This document shows, one piece after another, positions 35,046-38,550 of a DNA stretch of 38,550 bases. A program made the position numbers and the translations under genes. The notes under the pieces were generated by a model. It was not told where the DNA came from. It ran no database searches and saw nothing but the letters and a program-made list of their open reading frames with translations. Source of the stretch: Nemertoderma westbladi (taxonomy: Eukaryota; Animalia; Xenacoelomorpha); the NCBI GenBank assembly GCA_032718475.1, contig JAUCBJ010000499.1, positions 1 to 38,550 on the forward strand, in the 5' to 3' direction. Numbering within the stretch: the first letter of the stretch is position 1; the number at the start of each line of letters is the position of its first letter.

Positions 35046-35444
35046 TTAATACTTGCGCGTAAGTTGTTCTAACACGTGCGTACGTTTTTTCCTCAAATTC
35101 ATGTCTCATGTCCATTTATAGACAGTCCGTATATCACTAAATATTTTGAATGGTGTGAATTTCAATGTGAAAAAGTGACGTGAAAAGTGACAGCAAAAAA
35201 ATTTAAATTAGCCACATTATTTTGTCAATTTTATTACAAATTTGAACCATAATTAGCTCCCTCTAAACGACAGTGTTTAAAGAGAGCTTACGTAATAAAT
35301 ATATATATCATTGAGTGGAATGTAGAATTTTCAACATTTTGATCTGAGTATATTCATGTACCGAGCGAGCGGAGCGAGGGCGGTTTACATAAATGGATTA
35401 TAAACGCTGAAAAGTAATTTTCACACAACGGTGTACGTAATTTT

Positions 35445-36850
35445 GTTAAAGTAGATCTGGTATGACATGACTTTACGTTTATTTCTCCAGCAGTGCCCAC
35501 TGAATCTTAATCTGCGTTCACGGAGGGTGGTTGATACAGGTGGTATTGTACTATAAAGCTCGTCGTTTGTCATGTGTTGTCTCCACCTGATGTTTAGGGC
35601 TGCCCTTAGTAGTCTTGTGTAGCAACCATCAATCCGTTGTTCAAGTGATTTTGTCAGTGTTCAGGTCTCACCCCCGTATAAACGTACAGTTTCTACTGTA
35701 GCTCGAAAGAACTTAGTCTTCAGGTGCCGGGAGAGATCTGATTTCCAGATGGCATCCATTTTTGATAAAGCGACCCATGGCATTACTTTCCTAACTTCTA
35801 GGCCTATATCTTTTTTGCTACTCTCTAACCATGTACTGGAAGGAAGTCGTCAACCTTCCTTAGTTGATTATTGTCAATTGTTGTCAAGTTTCCATCAACA
35901 TTAAAAGTCATGAATTCGGTCTTGGTATCATGCAATCCAACCTCCTTAGCGGACACTTTATTAAGTAGCAGTTGTGCATCAGCTAGCGTATTAGAAAGCA
36001 GGGCGATGTCATCTGCAAAGTCGTGTCTGTGACTGTAGTTGTCGGATATCTGCTATTTCTGCGTTATTGTAGTGAGAATCCCAGATCTTCACCCTTTGTG
36101 GCCGTCCTCATTGCGTAATCCAGCACAATTACTAATAGTAATTGCACCAATGTTTTACATTGCAGTACGCCAGCTAGGATTGAGAAGAACTCAGTTTAAC
36201 CATTTGGTGAGAGTACTGCGATGGGAGTCCATGCTAGGCTCTAACTGCTGAGGACACCAAATCTCTGGATGGCACATTCACAAGAATGCTACGCCGGGTT
36301 CATTGTGTCAAGTACAATGCACACATCTCCAACCAGAAACTATATAACATTGGAGGTGTCTCATTGGTTCCCCCAAGCTTGACACTAGAACAAAATCGCC
36401 TCCGCTTTGCAGGACATTGCTTTCGCCGTGAGGACCAGCCAGTGCATAATCTTGTACTTTGGCAACCTCATGGGGTGAATAAGCATGGTGGACAGCCCAT
36501 GACTTTCTTGAGACGCATCTTAAAGGACACTGGCCTTGAAGATAAGGATGATCTAGCAAATGCCATGGGTGATAGGGAGTTGTGGCGGCGCAATTTTGTC
36601 GACAAGCCGGCACAGAATTTTTACACATGCAGCTGCAATGCAGCATGCCGATCCTAGTAGAGAGTACCTGAGCTTCTGCATCACAATATAACAATCCAAT
36701 GCCAGGGACAATAACTCCTGGTATTCCATAAGCTCTTAGGATTTCCAGCATTTTTCCTCTATGGATGGAGTCGAATGATTTCTTGAAGTCCACTAATATC
36801 AGAACTGCGGGTGCGTCTTTGACTTAATTCCCGCAATCAGTCTCCGTACT
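35445..36850 (-). mobile_element. Degenerate RTE-type LINE (same family as 25505-26360), interrupted by another LINE
   Basis: DFKKSFDSIHRGKMLEILRAYGIP at 36660-36793 and FFSILAGVLQ...IVLDYAMR at 36105-36200. The 35450-36106 part closely resembles 25700-26357. Confidence 0.85.
36217..36659 (+). mobile_element. RTE-type LINE 3' end inserted in the opposite orientation, with an 8-bp target-site duplication
   Basis: Encodes RLRFAGHCFRREDQPVHNLVLWQP...AMGDRELWR and ends tagtag. GAGAGTAC is duplicated at 36209-36216 and 36660-36667. Confidence 0.85.
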
Positions 36851-37699
36851 GTGTATGGCTGACCGCGAGATCTGGGGGCGCTATGTTGCTGGGTCCGCCG
36901 GCACTGCACCTTAGTTCAAGCCGTCATCATCATGAGCGAAAGGACAACAAATTAAAACATTAATTTGTTGTAGAATTAGCAGCATTTAAACAATTACTTG
37001 GTCAAAATAATGTTCCATATGTAAATAAAACTACGTATTGCATGTTAAATAACGCGGAATATATTTTCATTATGTTCTTATTTTTTTTCGCATTTCTTTA
37101 AGTCTTTATATAATATATTTAAAATTGTCACCAGTTCGATCCCACTTGGACGTCATTGCCAACTAAAAGCTGTGCCCAACGAAAAGTTATAATAATATGA
37201 AACCATTCATTCACCCTTAACACCATTTCTTTATGGCATACATTTAGTATCAATATTCAATAATTTAATACGAGTGATATTATTGATCGAGTGATATTAT
37301 GATTTTTGCCATGCTGAATTATTTCGATTGATATCATTGGTCGTTTTAAATAATGTGTCAAAACTGCATTATTTCGCTTGATATTATAGGTTGATTTAAA
37401 ACATGTTTTCTGTTGAATTATTTTGCTTGATATTATTGCTCGAATTAAATAACAGTTGAATTATTTCAACCGATAATTAATTAGGTAGTTTTAAATGAGA
37501 CCGTGAATTATTTCGACCTATAATTATAGCTCGTATTAAATGTACATCAGCTGGTAGTGATTCATACAGAGCGAGATGAATTGAAAACGTAAGTAAATAC
37601 TGACATGAAGTGGGGCCTTCGCGCAGCACGTGACATAAACTTATGTTAAGTGTCAACTCGAAATAATTCTGAATTATAAGCAAAATCTAAACAGATTTT

Positions 37700-38450
37700 T
37701 CCCAATAACTTTACCACCTAGAGGCAGACTGGTTAACTGCAGTCGATTTACACGTTTTCATTTCAGCCCCTCTACATGTAGACTGGAGAACTGCCGAGCA
37801 ATTACGTCCAACAAAGACGCAGCTTATAGATGGTATACAGTCTAGCATGTAGGCTTATCTGACAAGTTTCAGCTTGAATGGATAAAAAATAACGAAATGA
37901 GAGTAGGTCTTCACTTGCAGATATTTCGATCTATTGCGGCAAACTGTATAAGTGTAGATGGAGTACCGACCCACAAAGAATCAGCCAGATTTCTAGAACA
38001 TATATGCCAAGATTCAGCTTAAACGAATTAAAATAACGGAAATTGAAGAAGGTTTTCATTTTCAGACATTTCGCCCTTTAGCGGCAGACTGGAGAACTGC
38101 GGACCGATCACCTTCTTCACAAAGACACACATGTGGTATAGGGAAATGACTTATATACCAAGATTTAGCTTAAACAGATAAAGATCAGGGAAATGGGAAA
38201 GGTTATCATTTTCATACATTTCGCCCTAGACTGGAGATTTTGCCTATAGCGGAAGACTGGAGAACTGCAAACCGGTTACCGATCCCGCAAAGACACAGGA
38301 TGTGTTTTCTAGCCAATATCTGACAAGTCCGCTTGAAGAACTGATCACAAATATCGGATTGGGTCTAGGATTTCACCTTCAGTCATTTCGCCCTCAACCG
38401 GCAGACTAGAAAACTGCAGTCGGTTAGCAGTCAGAGACTGCTGAACAGAT
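37700..38450. repeat. Degenerate tandem repeat of roughly 150-bp modules
   Basis: Recurrent atttcgccc...gcggcagactggagaactgc and agattcagcttaaac motifs. Confidence 0.6.
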
Positions 38451-38550
38451 GATGTCTGAAAGTCGCTAGAATATCTAAACCTTTGGAAAGTCGCTAGAAT
38501 ATCTAAACTTTTGGTCTTATTGTTGCCTACAAATTTTCAACTCGAAAGCT

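Overview
This is AT-rich, intron-containing eukaryotic DNA, most likely from an invertebrate animal. The backbone is the 3' part of a + strand GALNS (N-acetylgalactosamine-6-sulfatase) gene: five visible exons from 6169 to the stop at 33704, with an apparent 1-nt frameshift in the second. Its 5' exons are not in the window. Three genes with single-exon ORFs sit in GALNS intronic or presumed intronic space: a securin/PTTG1-like gene (+), a FAM169-like gene (-) and VCPKMT/METTL21D (+). The introns also hold MITE/foldback elements, RTE-type LINE fragments, tRNA-derived SINEs and satellites. Two structures stand out. (1) A retrozyme-like 340-bp tandem repeat (28661-30085) in which each unit carries a complete type I hammerhead ribozyme between tRNA-type A and B boxes, with an inverted copy and a 12-bp flanking direct repeat. 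A second, sequence-distinct family with the same layout lies at about 22.9 kb and a relic at about 6.7 kb. (2) A 5.2-kb minisatellite of roughly 105-110 copies of a GALNS exon end plus its 5' splice site, in frame-preserving 45/48-bp units. All calls come from reading the sequence and recalled family motifs; no searches were run.
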